A stretch of 64,000 nucleotides of DNA from Octopus bimaculoides (GCF_001194135.2 NC_069003.1:31233518-31297517); one strand, 5' to 3'. Numbered from the stretch's first letter, positions 25,116-38,420 are shown. Made by a program: numbers and translations. The notes: a model not told the origin generated them from the letters alone.

Positions 25116-25833
25116 ATTCTTTATGCATGTGTGTGTGTGCATGCATGCACATGTGTGTGTATGTATGCATGTGCTTGAATGCATGTACAAGTGTGTGTGT
25201 GTGAGTGTGTATGTGCATGTATGTGTGCATGAGTGTACATGTGTGTTTGTGTGTGTGCCTGTGTGTGTGCATGTGCATTCATATGACTGGTTTTTGTGCC
25301 ATTTCTACTAGAAATTTCTTTCACAAAGCTTTATTTGCAGCAAGGCTATGGAAGAAGGCATTTGTTTGACGCACCATGCACTAGGATGACATTTCATTAA
25401 ATTTTTGCTCTATTGGTTTTTTACTGCTGATTGGTATATTTTTCATTGTAAATGTTAAATCCTCTGCTGTAATAATATGGCATTGAAAACCATGTCTATG
25501 AAGAGAATATTGAGCATAGACACCAACCACAAAAATATTACCCACCCCAAATTTCCATATTTTCTGGCTTACAAGTTGAATTTTTCAGACCAAAAATTAG
25601 TCAAATATATTAGGTCAACTTTTACATGAAGACGAATTTGGAAGACCAAAAATTCCATGTGAAATGCAGCTGGATTTGGAAAGATTGAGATGATATTTGA
25701 ATCTTTGCCCTACATGTATTACACGCCGGATCCGTCGCGAGCGAATATATATTAACTTGACTTGTATGTCACAGAAAATACAGTATCGTACAAAATCAGT
25801 AGTTTTTGTAAATATGAAAGTGGTTATCAATAT

Positions 25834-26303
25834 ATTCTATAGAATTAAGTTTATAAACATAGTGTTTCTGTACAAAATTATATGTTTTAAGTAATTGTAT
25901 AGAGAAGAACTGGTCTTAATGAGTTTTGGGACACTGTCAACAAAAATGTTTTAAAAAAATAGAACTGCTGTCATTTCATATTTTAATGAATCATTCACAA
26001 TTGATGTCTAATTAAATTTGTGTCAGTTTGTAACCTAATTGAATTTACCTTGGTCTGTAAGATAAACAATACTTTTCTCTAGAGATAAATATCTTGATGA
26101 CTTTTGAACTTACATACCATCATCATTTTAATGGTCATTGGCAATGCTTTCTCCAGCAAGTATTAGGTATTCTGATAGGTTTGTTTAAACTTTTAGTTTG
26201 ATGTCCCCAAGCAATAAAACTTGCAGTTTCTATGGTATATCTTTCATCTTTTATTTTTCACTTGTTTCAGTCATCAGACTGCAGCCATGCTGGAGCACCA
26301 CCT
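25834..26303 (+). repeat. 470-bp direct repeat, copy 1
   Basis: Near-identical to 27724-28193 (offset 1890); one substitution seen (tagtttgatg vs tagtctgatg). Confidence 0.92.
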
Positions 26304-27294
26304 TGAAGAATTTTTAGATGAATGAATGGAGTGCAGTACTTCTTTTTTTTTTTTTTCTTTTTAAGCTTAGTACTTAATTTATCAGTCTCCTTTTGCTGAA
26401 CTGCTAAGTTATGGTTCCAGCAAGATGTCACAAGGAGTGAGAGAAGGTTGTGGTGAAAGAATCAGCAGATGTTTGTCATTACCTTCTTCCAGAGCCATGT
26501 GGAGCTTAGGTGTTTCACTCATAAACATACACATCGCCAGGTCTGAAATTCAAACCTGTGATCTCTCGGCTGCAAGTCCACTGCTCTAACCACTAGGCTG
26601 TGTGCCTCCAATATTAGCATAGGATACCATTATTCTATTGAAATTATTAATGTTGTTGGGCCATTCTTGTTAACCCTTGTAAAATGTAAATTTCCTGAAG
26701 AAGAAGGTAATCTTTATAGTAATGATGGATTTATCACTAATAAATTAAATCCACTACAAATTGATAAACTGTAAAAAAAAAATCTACATTTATTCTTCAA
26801 CAAACATGGATTTAGAAAAATCTCTTCTTACCATAGTGTGGTTGTAAATTTCTTAGATGTAGCATTAAATCTTAATAACTTTCTGCATTGCCCTTATTAC
26901 AAGCTAAATAAATCTCTTTACTATATCAAGCAACTCAACTATCAAACCATACAAAAACATTGAAACGTTGTTAACAATGTCATCAAAAACACCTCTCTCT
27001 GACTGTTAAATCAATCTGCTTATCTGCAAATAGTTATAACTAAACAGCGCACTAAATGTTTTCACTAAAAATTGTTATAATGAGAAAATAGCTTTCATTG
27101 AGGAAAACAGTTGAACTATACTAACATTGATAAAGCAGAAAATTAAATACTACATGGTATAAATTCTCATTTAGTATCGTGGTAAGAACATCAATAGCTA
27201 AGCTTTTATTTTAATATTTGGTTAGACACTTCAGTTCACTTCTTAAATGTACAAAAGTCTTTAGTAAAATCTGTAAACTTACCATATTCAAGGA

Positions 27295-27595
27295 TCATGA
27301 TACCTGGCACCTGGCTGAACTTAAAAAGACCCGTACTCAGCAGCATAAGTGTTAAAACTGATCCTTCTGGTGGTGTAAAGCACCAGTACAGTGCCATGTA
27401 AAAGTGCCTGTGCAGTGCCACATAAAAGCATCCAGTAGGCTCTGTAAAGTGGTTGGCATTAGGAAGGGCATCTAGCCATAGAAACCATGCCAAATCAGAT
27501 TGGAGTCTGGTGCAGCCCTCCAGCTGGCCAGCCCTGGTCAAACCATCCAACCCATACCAGCATGGACAACAGACGTTAAATGATGATGATGAAGA
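27295..27595 (+). mobile_element. Family C repeat inserted in the Penelope element
   Basis: gtggttggcattaggaagggcatctagcc...agacgttaaatgatgatgatg. Confidence 0.8.
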
Positions 27596-27723
27596 AGAAG
27601 ACGCATCCTAGCTTTGTACGTATGCTTTCCTCTTCCAATATACACAAACTTAACATATCTACGACAGTCTTAAATAATGAAAATTGCAACAGCAATATTT
27701 ATAACCAGGATTGTGACTGCTTA

Positions 27724-28193
27724 ATTCTATAGAATTAAGTTTATAAACATAGTGTTTCTGTACAAAATTATATGTTTTAAGTAATTGTATAGAGAAGAAC
27801 TGGTCTTAATGAGTTTTGGGACACTGTCAACAAAAATGTTTTAAAAAAATAGAACTGCTGTCATTTCATATTTTAATGAATCATTCACAATTGATGTCTA
27901 ATTAAATTTGTGTCAGTTTGTAACCTAATTGAATTTACCTTGGTCTGTAAGATAAACAATACTTTTCTCTAGAGATAAATATCTTGATGACTTTTGAACT
28001 TACATACCATCATCATTTTAATGGTCATTGGCAATGCTTTCTCCAGCAAGTATTAGGTATTCTGATAGGTTTGTTTAAACTTTTAGTCTGATGTCCCCAA
28101 GCAATAAAACTTGCAGTTTCTATGGTATATCTTTCATCTTTTATTTTTCACTTGTTTCAGTCATCAGACTGCAGCCATGCTGGAGCACCACCT
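27724..28193 (+). repeat. 470-bp direct repeat, copy 2
   Basis: See copy 1. Confidence 0.92.
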
Positions 28194-28598
28194 GAAGTTA
28201 TGATACAAAGTTTCTCAAATATATATTTACATTAGCCTCATATCTTACCGATTCAAATTTCAATCCAATCAAGAAACTTATACCTTTAGGAATTTAAAAT
28301 GCAGTAAATTAAGAACAGTAATATACAATTCAAATGGAAAAATCTCTTTGGTGCAAAGTCCTATAACAGAAAATCAGACAGTGTAATTTGTGAATATCTG
28401 AGACTTAGGAAATTTTATCTACTAAGCAAACACTCATATGTAAATATGATACTTTCCAATAGATAAGCTCTCTTGATATTTTATATTTTATGCTTTCTTT
28501 TTTGTTATTATTGTTTTCAACATCTTATTCCACTTAAGTTTCTTTCTACCACATTTTTACTTTCTTACAAATAGATACACTCACTCGAAAATCTATGA

Positions 28599-28798
28599 TA
28601 TTGGGTTGCCCGGAAAGTTCGTGCCGATTTATAGTAGCTTACCTTTTGACTTATTTGCCATGAAGCCACCTCAATTCTGGGAAGAAGGTATTTTCAAAAA
28701 ATGGTTCATATTTGGTTGATTAAAAATGTAATGGCAAGTATTTATTGACCTTCTTCTTTCCTTTAAAAATCGGCATGAACTTTCCGGACAACCCAATA
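28599..28798. mobile_element. Mariner-derived MITE
   Basis: TA TSDs; 30-bp TIRs ttgggttgcccggaaagttcgtgccgattt / aaatcggcatgaactttccggacaacccaa (28/30). Confidence 0.88.
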
Positions 28799-29304
28799 CA
28801 CGTATGTGTGTGTATTTGTGTGTGCATGTGTTTGTGTGTGTGTGTATGTGTGTGTGCGTGTGTGTTTGTGTGTTCGTGTGTTTGTGTTTGTGTGTGTGTG
28901 TGACCTACACACACACTTTTTGACAAATGGTGTTGGTTTGTTCGCTTCCCCATAACTTTGTTTGATAAAAAAAAAGACCAATTAAATAAATACCAGAATT
29001 TTAAAACAATTAAGTACTGGAATCGAATTTTCAACAAAGACGCCTTCAATGCAGTGCCTCAGCAGGGCTGCAGTCCAATGACTGAAACAAGTAAAAGAAT
29101 ATAAAAGAACACCCCTTATATGGAAGTGAGACTCCAGCTTTAGTTCAATGAAAGTTATGTTTAAAATACATTACAAGGGAGACAACTGAGATGATAGTGT
29201 ATTAAGAACATCATTATTATTCAACTGATGTAAAAGACAATATTCAAAAGCCACAAATCCAAGGATAAAGAATTCTGTATTGTTTACTAAACAATATTTC
29301 GCAT

Positions 29305-29450
29305 GTGGCTGCGTGATAAGAAGTTTGCTTCTCAATCACATGATTCAGTGACACTGCATGGCAAACAGAGCATCTTCTACTCTAGCCTCAGGCTGACCAA
29401 AGCCTTGTGAATGGATTTGGTAGGCAGAAACTGAAGAAGCCTGTTGTATA
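29305..29450 (+). mobile_element. Family A SINE (internally deleted)
   Basis: Family A head and tail present. Confidence 0.7.
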
Positions 29451-29454
29451 TATG

Positions 29455-29920
29455 TCATCATCATCATCATTTAGTATCTGTTTTCCATGCTGGCATGGGT
29501 TGGACGGTTTTACTGAAACTGGTAAGCCAAAGAGCTGCACCAAGTTCCAGTTTGATTTGGTATGGTTTCTATAGCTGGATGCCCTTCCTAATGTCCACCA
29601 CTCCAAGAGTGTGATGGTGAATTTTATGTGCCATCAGCATGGGTGCCAGTTATGTGACACCTGCATCATCTACAACTACGATTTCACTTGGCTTGACGAG
29701 TCTTCTCAAGCATGGCATATCATCAATGGTGTTGGTCACTTGTCATCACCTCCATGATGCCCAATGTTCAAAGGGTGCCACTAAAATGGGTGGCAGTTAT
29801 GTGACACTGGCATCAGTTATGACTATGGTTTCACTTGGCTAGACAGGTCTTCTCAAGCATAGCATGTCACCAAAGGTTTCAATCACTCAGCATTGCCTCC
29901 ATGACGCTCAGGCCACAAAG
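29455..29920 (-). mobile_element. Family C repeat with a diverged ~147-bp internal tandem duplication
   Basis: Units start at 29639 and 29786 (atgggtg[c/g]cagttatgtgacac...). Confidence 0.75.
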
Positions 29921-32414
29921 AGCAAATTTTCAGTACAGTATGTAATTATTACATCTAATTTGTCTGCCAAAATTTCCAGACGTTGGAGGAAAAAGGCATT
30001 AATTTGTTTAGCTAAATTTGTTACTTGAATTTAAAGAAATTAAAAATGTTCTGTGTATTTTCATGGAACTTAAACATGTCATTTCTCAATCATTTTCCAA
30101 GCTAAAACTGCAATATGTTAAAATTACATTTTTATTCTTTTTGAAATAAAAAAACTATCTCAGTTTAAAAAAAGAAATTGAATGAGGATGAAATTAGAAG
30201 AATAATGGCTTTTATTTTGTCAATATATGAGCTGAAGACTGCAGAAATCTAAAGAAATTATTGATTTGACAAGATTCACATTTCATTGTGTTTTTTCTTA
30301 AGTATATCATTATTCGCCCGCAGCAGTTGGTGAAGGTCAACATTTACTTTTTAATGATAGTGTCTTTACCCTCAAGCAAATTCACTTCTCAACCAAATTA
30401 AAGGTGGTTGAATTCATTGAAAAAGATTTGTGTTCTGTTATTTTTTCTAATATAATATAACAGGAAATCAGATGGGTAATAAGAAAGTTATGATAAAATG
30501 TTCTCAAAAATCGGAGAGTGCAAATTCTAAGCAGTGTAGCTTTTAGACTATTCTAAGTTGTATAATAACCCAAAATGAGGCATCTACTTTATAAACCTTG
30601 TCAAAATTGTTATAGTAGAAAAAGACGTGTGTTGTAAAAAGGGGTCAAATTTGAATAAGAGTAAAGCCTAAACTTGTCTTTAAACTAACATATTGCCATT
30701 ACTTTAGGAGGTGCACATCATGTGCTGTTTAGCTTGATATGAGATCACCATATCGTGCACATATGGTTGTGATGCATGTGCCTGGTGTACCCTGATCAGA
30801 CGAGTAGTCATGATGGGTATATTGGGCTTTGTATAATTGTACCCCAGTTTCAATAATAATAATAATAATTTTTTTAAATTAGGCTCATGGACTTAAATTG
30901 GATAGAGGGGTTAGTAAATTAAATCAGCCTTATTACTTGGCTGGTATTTTATTTTGTCAACCCTGGAAGGATGAAAGGTAAAACTGATCTCAGTGGAATT
31001 TACTTTCAGAATGGAATAAAGATTGAAAGATAATTAGCTAGCAGCTTTAAGGTGAAGGGGTAAGTTGATATGAACTCCAGTACTTGACTGGTACTTTATT
31101 TTCATTATTTTGGTCCCAAAAGAATGAAAAGCAACGTTGACCTTGACAGGGTTTGAACTCAGACCATAAAGAATGGGAAGAACTATCACAAGATGTTTTG
31201 TTTCATGTTCTAATGATTCTGCCTGCTCACTGCTGTCGATTATGATGATAATGATGGCATTGACTGGACACAAACGTCCCTCGATGATTGGGTAGTTTGA
31301 CCATCTCATTGCTGAGGGCAATTGAAAGAACCTCTTCTTGACAAGCATGTGACATTTATCTCTCATCGTTGTAATGTAAGTCAGAAAATGGTTAACGAGT
31401 CAATTATTGTAATCAACATCATCATTGACACCATCATCACCATCATCATCCTCATCATCATCATCATCACCACCACCACCACCACCACCCTTCCTGTCGT
31501 CATCATTATTTTGTCATTACTGTTTTCATAATCTTGCTCGTTATCTTGATTATCATTTGGAGATTCGTTATTATCAGCATTACGATCAGGACGTCTGGCA
31601 ATTGATCATCTTCCTGAGTCACAAAATTATCTCTGCTCCTCCATCATATTCCTCCCCTTCCCCATTCACCAGGTCTGTCCCCACACTCTTACAATTTACC
31701 CAAGCATAAATCTTCTCCCTCTCAGTTTTTTTTCCCCCATTCACTGTATCATCATTATTACTATTACTATTTTGCAACACTTCCCCACCCCACTCCCCTT
31801 CTCTGCATTGTCACTTGTCTCCTTGTTCCTCCTTCCCTCAACACATGTATCACTGATTACACCTCCCACCACCATCACCATTCAACCCCACTCAATTTCT
31901 ACAGTTGTCACCTACTCTTCCCTCCTTCTCCTGTTTGTCATCCCTGTATAACTCTATAATTATTCTTCCTAATATTCAAATTCTGAGCTGGCAAAGTTGT
32001 TAAGCACACTGGGGAAAATGCTTAGTGACATTTCGTCCATACTCTTTACTCTCTTTTACTTGTTTCCGCCATTTGATTGTGGCCATGCTGGAGCACCGCC
32101 ATTGTTGTTGTTCTCATCGCCATCAGCATCAATGTCTTTTATACTTCCTTCTTCACGCTTGCATGGGCAGGAGAGAAGACTCACAGAAACAGTCTTCTAC
32201 AGGCGAATTACACACTTTCTTATTGCCAACCAAACCTCACTTGGTTATCAATTAAGTACACGCAGCAGGAAGGGCATCCTGGCCTCCACATCAAACGACC
32301 TAAAAAAAAGCCACTGAGCTGGTTACAGCAACAGGATATGTTGTTTAAGGAAGACACAGACAATTGCACGGCTGATCAAATGGTAACTATGAAAAAGACA
32401 TACTTAACAAGCAC

Positions 32415-32770
32415 CCATACACACACATATGTACACACACATTCACACACATACATGCACACACATATACATACATGCACACACACACACACATACACAC
32501 ACATACATACACACATACACACATTCACACACATACATGCATACACACACACATACATACACACACATACACATATATACATTCACACACACATACATAC
32601 ACATACATACACACATACACATACATACATACATACATACACAGACACACATACATACGCACACATATATACACACACATTCACACACATGCATGCACAC
32701 ATACACACACACACATATACATACACACACAGACACAAGCACATACACATACATACACAGGTACACACGC
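32415..32770. repeat. Compound (CA)n/(CATA)n microsatellite
   Basis: Direct inspection; source of the His/Thr-rich pseudo-ORFs. Confidence 0.95.
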
Positions 32771-33109
32771 ATTACATAACAAGAAAATTTCACAGAATTT
32801 ATCCTCAATACTATATTCTAACGGTTTGAATTTTGGTTCAGTGTTTTTTTTTTTAATTTTTTTTTCCAATATTTTACTTGATTCATTCTAATCTCTTTCA
32901 TAATTCAAAGACATTTTAAAGACATTTTACTTTACCTCTCTTTTGAGATTCGACAAAACAAAACAAAAAAAGAAAACATAAAAAAACATAAGCCAAGAAA
33001 ACCTCCAAAATCGTTTCTATTGAGAAGTAACTAAATTGCATTCCATTCATGAAATATTCTGTACCCATTCATATATTTATTACCTATTCATCTAGCTACC
33101 CTTTGATAA

Positions 33110-33124
33110 TATATATGTGTGTGG

Positions 33125-33156
<32 letters not shown>

Positions 33157-33170
33157 ATGTATGTATATAT

Positions 33171-33239
<69 letters not shown>

Positions 33240-33277
33240 TGTATGTATATATATATGTATGTATATATATATGTATG

Positions 33278-33314
<37 letters not shown>

Positions 33315-33710
33315 GCATACATACACACATACACACACACACACAAACACACTCACACATATACATATATATATACACACATATATATATGCACACATGT
33401 ATATATATACACACATATATATATGCACACATGTATATATATATCCACATATATATATGTATGCATATCTATCTATCAATACACACACACACACACACAT
33501 ACACACACACATATAAATACACACGTTTATATATCCATATATATATATATGTATGTATGCATATCTATCTATCAGTACATTCCCCCTTCACACACACACT
33601 CACACACACACACACACACATATATATCCATATATATATGTATGCAAATCTATCTATCAGTACACTCCTACACTCCCACACATACACTCCCCCACACACA
33701 CACACACACA
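33110..33710. repeat. Compound (TG)n/(TA)n/(TATG)n/(CA)n microsatellite
   Basis: Direct inspection. Confidence 0.95.
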
Positions 33711-34029
33711 ATGTAATATCTGTTACATCTATTTATTCCTCATCCACCTCCCCATCGTGCTCTTCATTTCCTATTTTCCAGTTACTGGTATGCATTTCAT
33801 AGGAACCCTTCAAGAAAAGAAACTTGCTTAAGTGAATCCAATTCTATTTAGCTTTTTTTTTTTCATTAAATTAATAGGTGCAGGAGTGGCTGTGTGGTAA
33901 GTAACATGCTTACTAACCACATGGTTCCAGGTTCAGCCTGGGCCAACTAAAACCTTTTGAATGGATTTGGTAGACAGACACTCAGAGAAGCACATTGTAT
34001 ATATAGGTATATATTTTATTTAATTATAA

Positions 34030-34351
34030 TGTTAATAAATAATATTTTCAAAATGATTTCCATCATTTTCAATGCATAACTTGATGTGCCTTGCAAAATT
34101 CAGGAGAACTCGATTAAATAAGTCTTCATTGCCATCAATTTCAGCACACTGACTGGTAATATGTTCTCACATGTGGTTTAAATCCGTAATCTTTATTGAG
34201 TAAACTTTCTCTTTCAACATACCCCAGAAAAAGAAGTCAAGGGGAGAAAGGTCTGGTGAACAAGGAGACCATTATCATTATTACTTATATTTAATTGTTT
34301 ATGTTATGATTTTATTTACTCCATGTAGCCAGACTTTGTGGACACCCTGTA
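34030..34351 (-). mobile_element. Internally deleted Tc1/mariner element: one TIR joined to the transposase C-terminus
   Basis: WSPCSPDLSPLDFFFWGMLKEKVY...CIENDGNHFENII* contains the WPPxSPDLxPxD third-catalytic-Asp motif. TIR ...ctttgtggacaccctg|ta at 34351. Confidence 0.8.
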
Positions 34352-35108
34352 GAATAGATGCCATATATAAGACAGTAGGCAAATCTTTGTCTTCTAAACA
34401 AGATCAGATATATTCAAGTTGTTGTTTTAAACAATTACTCAAAAGTCATTCCGATGCATAGATCTGGTTTTGAAAGTAAATTCTTCATGTGTCTGTGGAG
34501 TGATCAGCCACTTGCTTGTTAATTCCATGAGCAGGCTATTCTGTTAATCGGATCAACTAGAATCCCCGTCATTGTAACTGAGAGAAGACCAGTATTTTTT
34601 ATTTTTTATTTTTAGAAATGCAGACAACAGTCTTTTATTTGTTTATTCATTTTCATAGTTTATCGAGTGAGCAACTGTTGGAAATATTCTTCTGCTTTTG
34701 CGAGAAAATATCAAATATTGAAAGAAATAGGCAATCATCTCATTTATTACAGATAAAAGAAACATTATTGCTACAATCGGTGCAAGGAATAAAAAAAATG
34801 TCGACGACGTTAATTATTTCTTATGACTTGTATATATGAATTTATTTCTTTGTTGCTATGATACATATCTCAGTTTATCAAACAGATCTAGAAGAGAAAA
34901 TACAATCATGTAAATACAGAGGCACATATACACGTACATGTATGTAGATGCACATTTACATATACATATGCTTACATACATACATGCATACATGTTACAT
35001 ATGTACATATATGCATATATGTTTGTGTGTATGCAATATAATCAAATGCATACACACACACACATATATATATATATACATACATACATACATATATATA
35101 TATTATTT

Positions 35109-35249
35109 TGTGTTCGACCGTGTGACATGTTTAAATAAAAGGAGTCCTCTGTTTTTCCATTTGTCACCATTTCAACTTTTTGAGTTCGCACGGTCGTTCT
35201 TACAATTGGTGACCCCGACGTGATTCGTTCATACAGCCCTTCTGATCTG
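35109..35249 (+). mobile_element. LTR 3' end plus tRNA-Trp primer-binding site of an LTR retrotransposon remnant
   Basis: aataaa near 35133; ...ttcttACA (35204), a 2-nt spacer, then TGGTGACCCCGACGTGAT (35207-35224), the exact complement of the 3' 18 nt of mature metazoan tRNA-Trp including CCA. Confidence 0.75.
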
Positions 35250-35611
35250 TACAGCCCAACGTGAAAAGTTCACATAACTTTTCCAAAAATGGTGACTAAA
35301 TGCCAGTAATAGACCACCTTTATATACTTATATTTATATATTTGATCCTTTATATTGAACACTCTATTTCATCTACATTCAATACTTTATTTCGTGGTGC
35401 CATCCATTTTTATTTTATTTTATTTTATATTATATATTGTATATTATATTATATATTGTATATTCCATATTCTATACCCCACATTGGTTCTGCAGGAATA
35501 TAAATAAAACATAAAAAACAGACAGTGTTGAAACTCTTTTAAACAAAATAATATATTCCTCTATACACAATCACACAAAAGAAAAACCCTTTTTTTGTAT
35601 TTATTTTTACT

Positions 35612-35672
<61 letters not shown>

Positions 35673-35782
35673 GCACAGGCATGGCTGTGTGGTAAGAAGC
35701 TTTTGCTTCCCAACCATATGGTCCTAGGCTCAGTTACACTGCATGATACCTTGGGCAAGAATAAACTGGTTCTTTTTCTATT

Positions 35783-36580
35783 GGCAAGAAATCTTGAAAT
35801 AAACTGAATACAAACTTACATACATACATATATGGGTACACATCATAAAAAAAAAACACAAACAATAGAAGGGATTGATCATGTCAAAAGTTTGGCATGG
35901 AGTTCTGAGAAGTTTATGACATCCCACTTCGAAGGCTGCCTCCATGCAATTCCAGAACAAGAGATCTCCACCAAGTACCGACAGCAAAAAAAGAAGCAAA
36001 CATTGGCGGGCAACAAATGTAGGCTGTGCAAGACCAAGACTAAAGACATCAACCACATTATTGCCATCTGCAAGAGAATGTCTTCCAGATATTATCTTCC
36101 CATGGGGCATGATGCAGAGACCAGAAGCGTTTAGAGCAGAACAGCAAAAAAGAAAATGCCTAGAGATGAAGCCGACTATATCGAGAATAAATACTGGTGG
36201 AACTTAAAAATTAAAATAGCAATCAAGTTAAAACACAACTGGTCAGATATTGTTGTGTGGGACCACAAGGAAAAGATATGTTGTGTTGTGGAAATCAGGT
36301 GTCCCCTGGACATGAATGTGGTTAGAAAAATACAGGTGAAAGGGGACAGGACATCTATGAACCATTAATAAGGAGTTTACGAATCCAGTACCCGAGATAC
36401 CTTTTCAGCTTCATACCCATTATTATTGGAGCAACAGGATACATACCAATTTGCCTGGAGCAGAATATGGCTGAACTTGGGTTATGGAGAAGAGGATACA
36501 AATCCTTAATTCATACACTACAAATAATCCGGGATTATAAAAATATGCAAGATCTTCTTAAGATTTAAAAGATGACGAAC
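35783..36580 (+). mobile_element. R4/Dong-like REL-LINE 3' part, truncating a family A SINE (35671-35760)
   Basis: KCRLCKTKTKDINHIIAIC (CCHC knuckle), MGHDA (cf. RHD), YWWNLKIK..KHNWSDIVVWDHKEKICCVVEIRCPLD (PD..D/E REL) and FIPIIIGATG. Confidence 0.85.
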
Positions 36581-37676
36581 AAAATAGGATGCTTTCCTTC
36601 ACAAGCTAGCCACCAAGCAGGTAGCCGGTCAAAATTCATTCTAACTTGCAAAGAACGAGAACATATAAACACACACACACACACACACAGAGTTATATAT
36701 ACTCATATATATATATATGGTTGTTTATAGCACAATAGAAGCTGTGTAATGCTAGTGGTTGTGATTGTGCTAAATTCCGTTACTGTTGTGTCTTGTCAAA
36801 TGTCGGAGTATTTAAAAGTATTGATTATTTATATAGGATCTATTGGCTGTTGTTTCTTTTCCTTTGATTCTCTCCAACAAACAATTTACTCCACGAGGTT
36901 TTTCAGAATAAACGGAAAACAAATTTCTGTATTTTTATGCTGATGTAATATATTCTTGACTTAAAGAGGCCTTCCATGTTATTTCTGTATATATTTCATC
37001 CATCATCAACACGATCATGACACGCAAAAGGAAAAAATAAAAATACAGAGAAATTGCTATTTGTTATAAAATCTATAAGCATGGAAAATGCCTTTGATCT
37101 AATAATTTATATAAATTCTTTGAATCACATCAATACTGTGTAGATGTCGATGCTATCAATAACTTTTTCACCAAATTCATTCCATGTCCAAGAAAAAGAA
37201 AAGTATTGTAATTTGACTGATGTTTATTTTCGTGTGAGCATTCCTGTTTGGAGCTGCTGAAGTTTCTAACTAGCTGAACTTTTCAACATGTATCACTTCT
37301 CAGCAGTTAGATGCTGTTCTCTTTCTTTCTTCACTTATGCTGGATAATAAATGCTTTCCACTAACAAAACACCAAGTACAACAACACCACCAACAAAAAA
37401 TAAACAAAATGGAAGCTGAAGAATTATACAGTAAAGTTCACGAGTTTAGATAAGTTTGTATGTTAAGAGATATACTGGAATCTAACATATATCAGGACTG
37501 TCTAAGGTGGCAAGATGGAAGAGTGGTGAATCTTGAAGCAGAAAAAGCTGTAAATAATAGAGTGTAAATAATGGGTTCAAAAATGGTATAATTAATAGCT
37601 TTATCTGCTTTGAGATTTACTGTTCCAAAATTAAATTATTTCACATTCTCGAAGTCTTCTAAATTCTTATGATGTG

Positions 37677-37714
<38 letters not shown>

Positions 37715-37739
37715 TGCTTCAAGAAAAGTTTTACCAGAC

Positions 37740-38420
37740 TGAGCAGGTCTCCTCATTGAACTATATATTACCAGACATTCTGTCCTTTGTCAATTCCTCA
37801 GTGTAGTTCATGATCCTGAGATCAGCCTTCACCATTTTGTCCTATTTGCAGTCTCCATCCATGTTATTAAAGTGAGTGGCACATCTATATATAGCTATCC
37901 TTATCCATATGCATCACATGTCCATACCAGTGCAGTCTTCTTTCGGCTTCCTTTTATGCTAAATTTTTCTTGCAACACATTTGCCCTATGTCTTTCATGC
38001 AATGGAACATGCTACCTTCATTTCTTTCCAGTCTTCTACATTCAGGGCCCATGTTTCTCTCCCATGCAGCATTGCATTTCTGACACAAGCATCGTACAAT
38101 CTGCCTTTCATTTTGAGGACAGCTTGTATGATGCTTGGGTATATTCGTTACTCACAGCAGTTGAAGTTCCCAGAACTTTGTCAAACCCTGGGTATTATAT
38201 TTTCAGAGCAACCATCTCTTCTGTCTATTTAGTCTTCTAGGTAATAAAAAATATTGACAACATCTCTATGACCCATTCAGGCATTTAAGAGACTCTATTT
38301 CTAATGTGCTCAGAGTACGTACTGCTCCAATGCATCAGCCACATGTGAGGCTTACTTTCTTCATTTGTCTGCCTGCGATTCCATTAAATATCTTGTGTGT
38401 ACATCGCATCAAAGTTTCCT
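37740..38420 (-). mobile_element. RTE LINE 3' fragment
   Basis: KGRLYDACVRNAMLHGRETWAL, RRLHWYGHVMHMD and VKADLRIMNYTEELTKDR. Confidence 0.75.

Larger units (their letters stand above)
25490..28450 (+). mobile_element. Degenerate Penelope-like element (RT, linker, GIY-YIG), interrupted by SINEs and a 470-bp duplicate
   Basis: RTGLNEFWDT (cf. KTGLNQWRNT), FDVP (cf. FDVTMG), GNLYSNDG (cf. GLYRDDG), VVNFLDVALNL, TTWYKFSFS (cf. ITWFNPPFS), DCDC, YISLI (cf. YIGLT) and FKWKNLFGAKSYN occur in the expected order. The 5' boundary is weak. Confidence 0.75.

Noticed and set aside
32077-33831. His/Thr/Tyr/Ile- and Cys/Val-rich ORFs up to 250 aa
   Set aside because: Translations of dinucleotide and tetranucleotide microsatellites, open in nearly all frames.
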